DNA of 64,000 bases from NCBI GenBank assembly GCA_963786955.1, contig CAWBAT010000003.1, positions 224,001-288,000 of the forward strand. Reading direction: 5' to 3'. This stretch comes from an uncultured Acidimicrobiia bacterium. Lineage in GTDB: Bacteria; Acidobacteriota; Terriglobia; Versatilivoradales; Versatilivoraceae. This document shows, one piece after another, positions 63,547 through 64,000 of this stretch. The notes under the pieces are model-generated. The model did no database searches. It was not told the origin of the DNA and was given only the letters and a program-made list of their open reading frames with translations. The number at the start of each line of letters is the position of its first letter. Position 1 is the first letter of the stretch. The translations under genes were made by a program, and so were the position numbers.

Positions 63547-63708
63547 GGTTCTCTTTATCTGGGAGCCCGGGCAGCCTGCCCGCTTCTTGTCATCCACAAC
63601 CCCATCCCTGAAGTTGTGAAAGAGCTGTAGCGGCGCTCTATGAGCGCCGGTCAAACAGGACGGTCACAGACTGCCGCTACAAGCGATTTTCTGACCCCTG
63701 CGGCGTTA

Positions 63709-64000
63709 TCATTTTAATGACGCCAGCTTTTCCCTTAAGAAGTTGACGCAAAACGGCACTTCTGATTCTTCCAATCCGTGTAATATCATCGGGCCACTGT
63801 AATGGGCGCCTCGCAGCAACTGAAGATATAAATCGTAATTCAAAACGCCTGTTCCCGCTGCTTTGTTTCCGGCTTCACCGTCGTGATCCAGGTCTTTGGC
63901 ATGGGCAAGGATCAGGTCTTGGCCCAGCAAATCAATGGATTCTTTTAAGATCTCGTCCATTCGGGCCAGTTCGCCTCGATGAAACAAGTTTGCTCCATCC
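63709..64000 (-). CDS. Sugar phosphate isomerase/epimerase (AP_endonuc_2), 3' part; start lies outside the window
   Basis: DGANLF, ILAHAKD, AGTGVLNY and ILHGL motifs. Confidence 0.75.
   Translation of the reverse strand, partial: DGANLFHRGELARMDEILKESIDLLGQDLILAHAKDLDHDGEAGNKAAGTGVLNYDLYLQLLRGAHYSGPMILHGLEESEVPFCVNFLREKLASLK

Overview
Bacterial chromosomal window, most likely Acidobacteriota (inferred from the Oar-type TonB-dependent receptor, four ASPIC/UnbV proteins, many TPR proteins and two DUF1501 + PSCyt/PSD1 pairs). Many genes are broken by 1-nt indels, often in homopolymers, which I read as long-read assembly errors. Housekeeping and metabolic genes include enolase, an MNT-HEPN toxin-antitoxin pair, a Fe-S D-lactate dehydrogenase and an MHS-type MFS transporter. 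There are two sugar-catabolism operons. One has an RpiR regulator, a form IV RuBisCO-like protein, an FGGY kinase, an apiose-isomerase-like enzyme and a URO-D-family protein. The most striking structure is intergenic. Almost every spacer is filled with REP-like palindromes, and four small nuclease/transposase gene types (GxxExxY, DUF559, RAYT, IS200-like TnpA) each sit in their own repeat family. About ten 'MITE-like' 190-300 bp units bounded by TCTCGCCAAG...CTTGGCGAGA can be read as decayed, internally deleted copies of the GxxExxY gene. This suggests the GxxExxY PD-(D/E)XK nuclease gene plus its inverted repeats behaves as a proliferating element. I found no rRNA, tRNA or CRISPR-Cas. All family calls are from motif recognition by eye; no database search was run.
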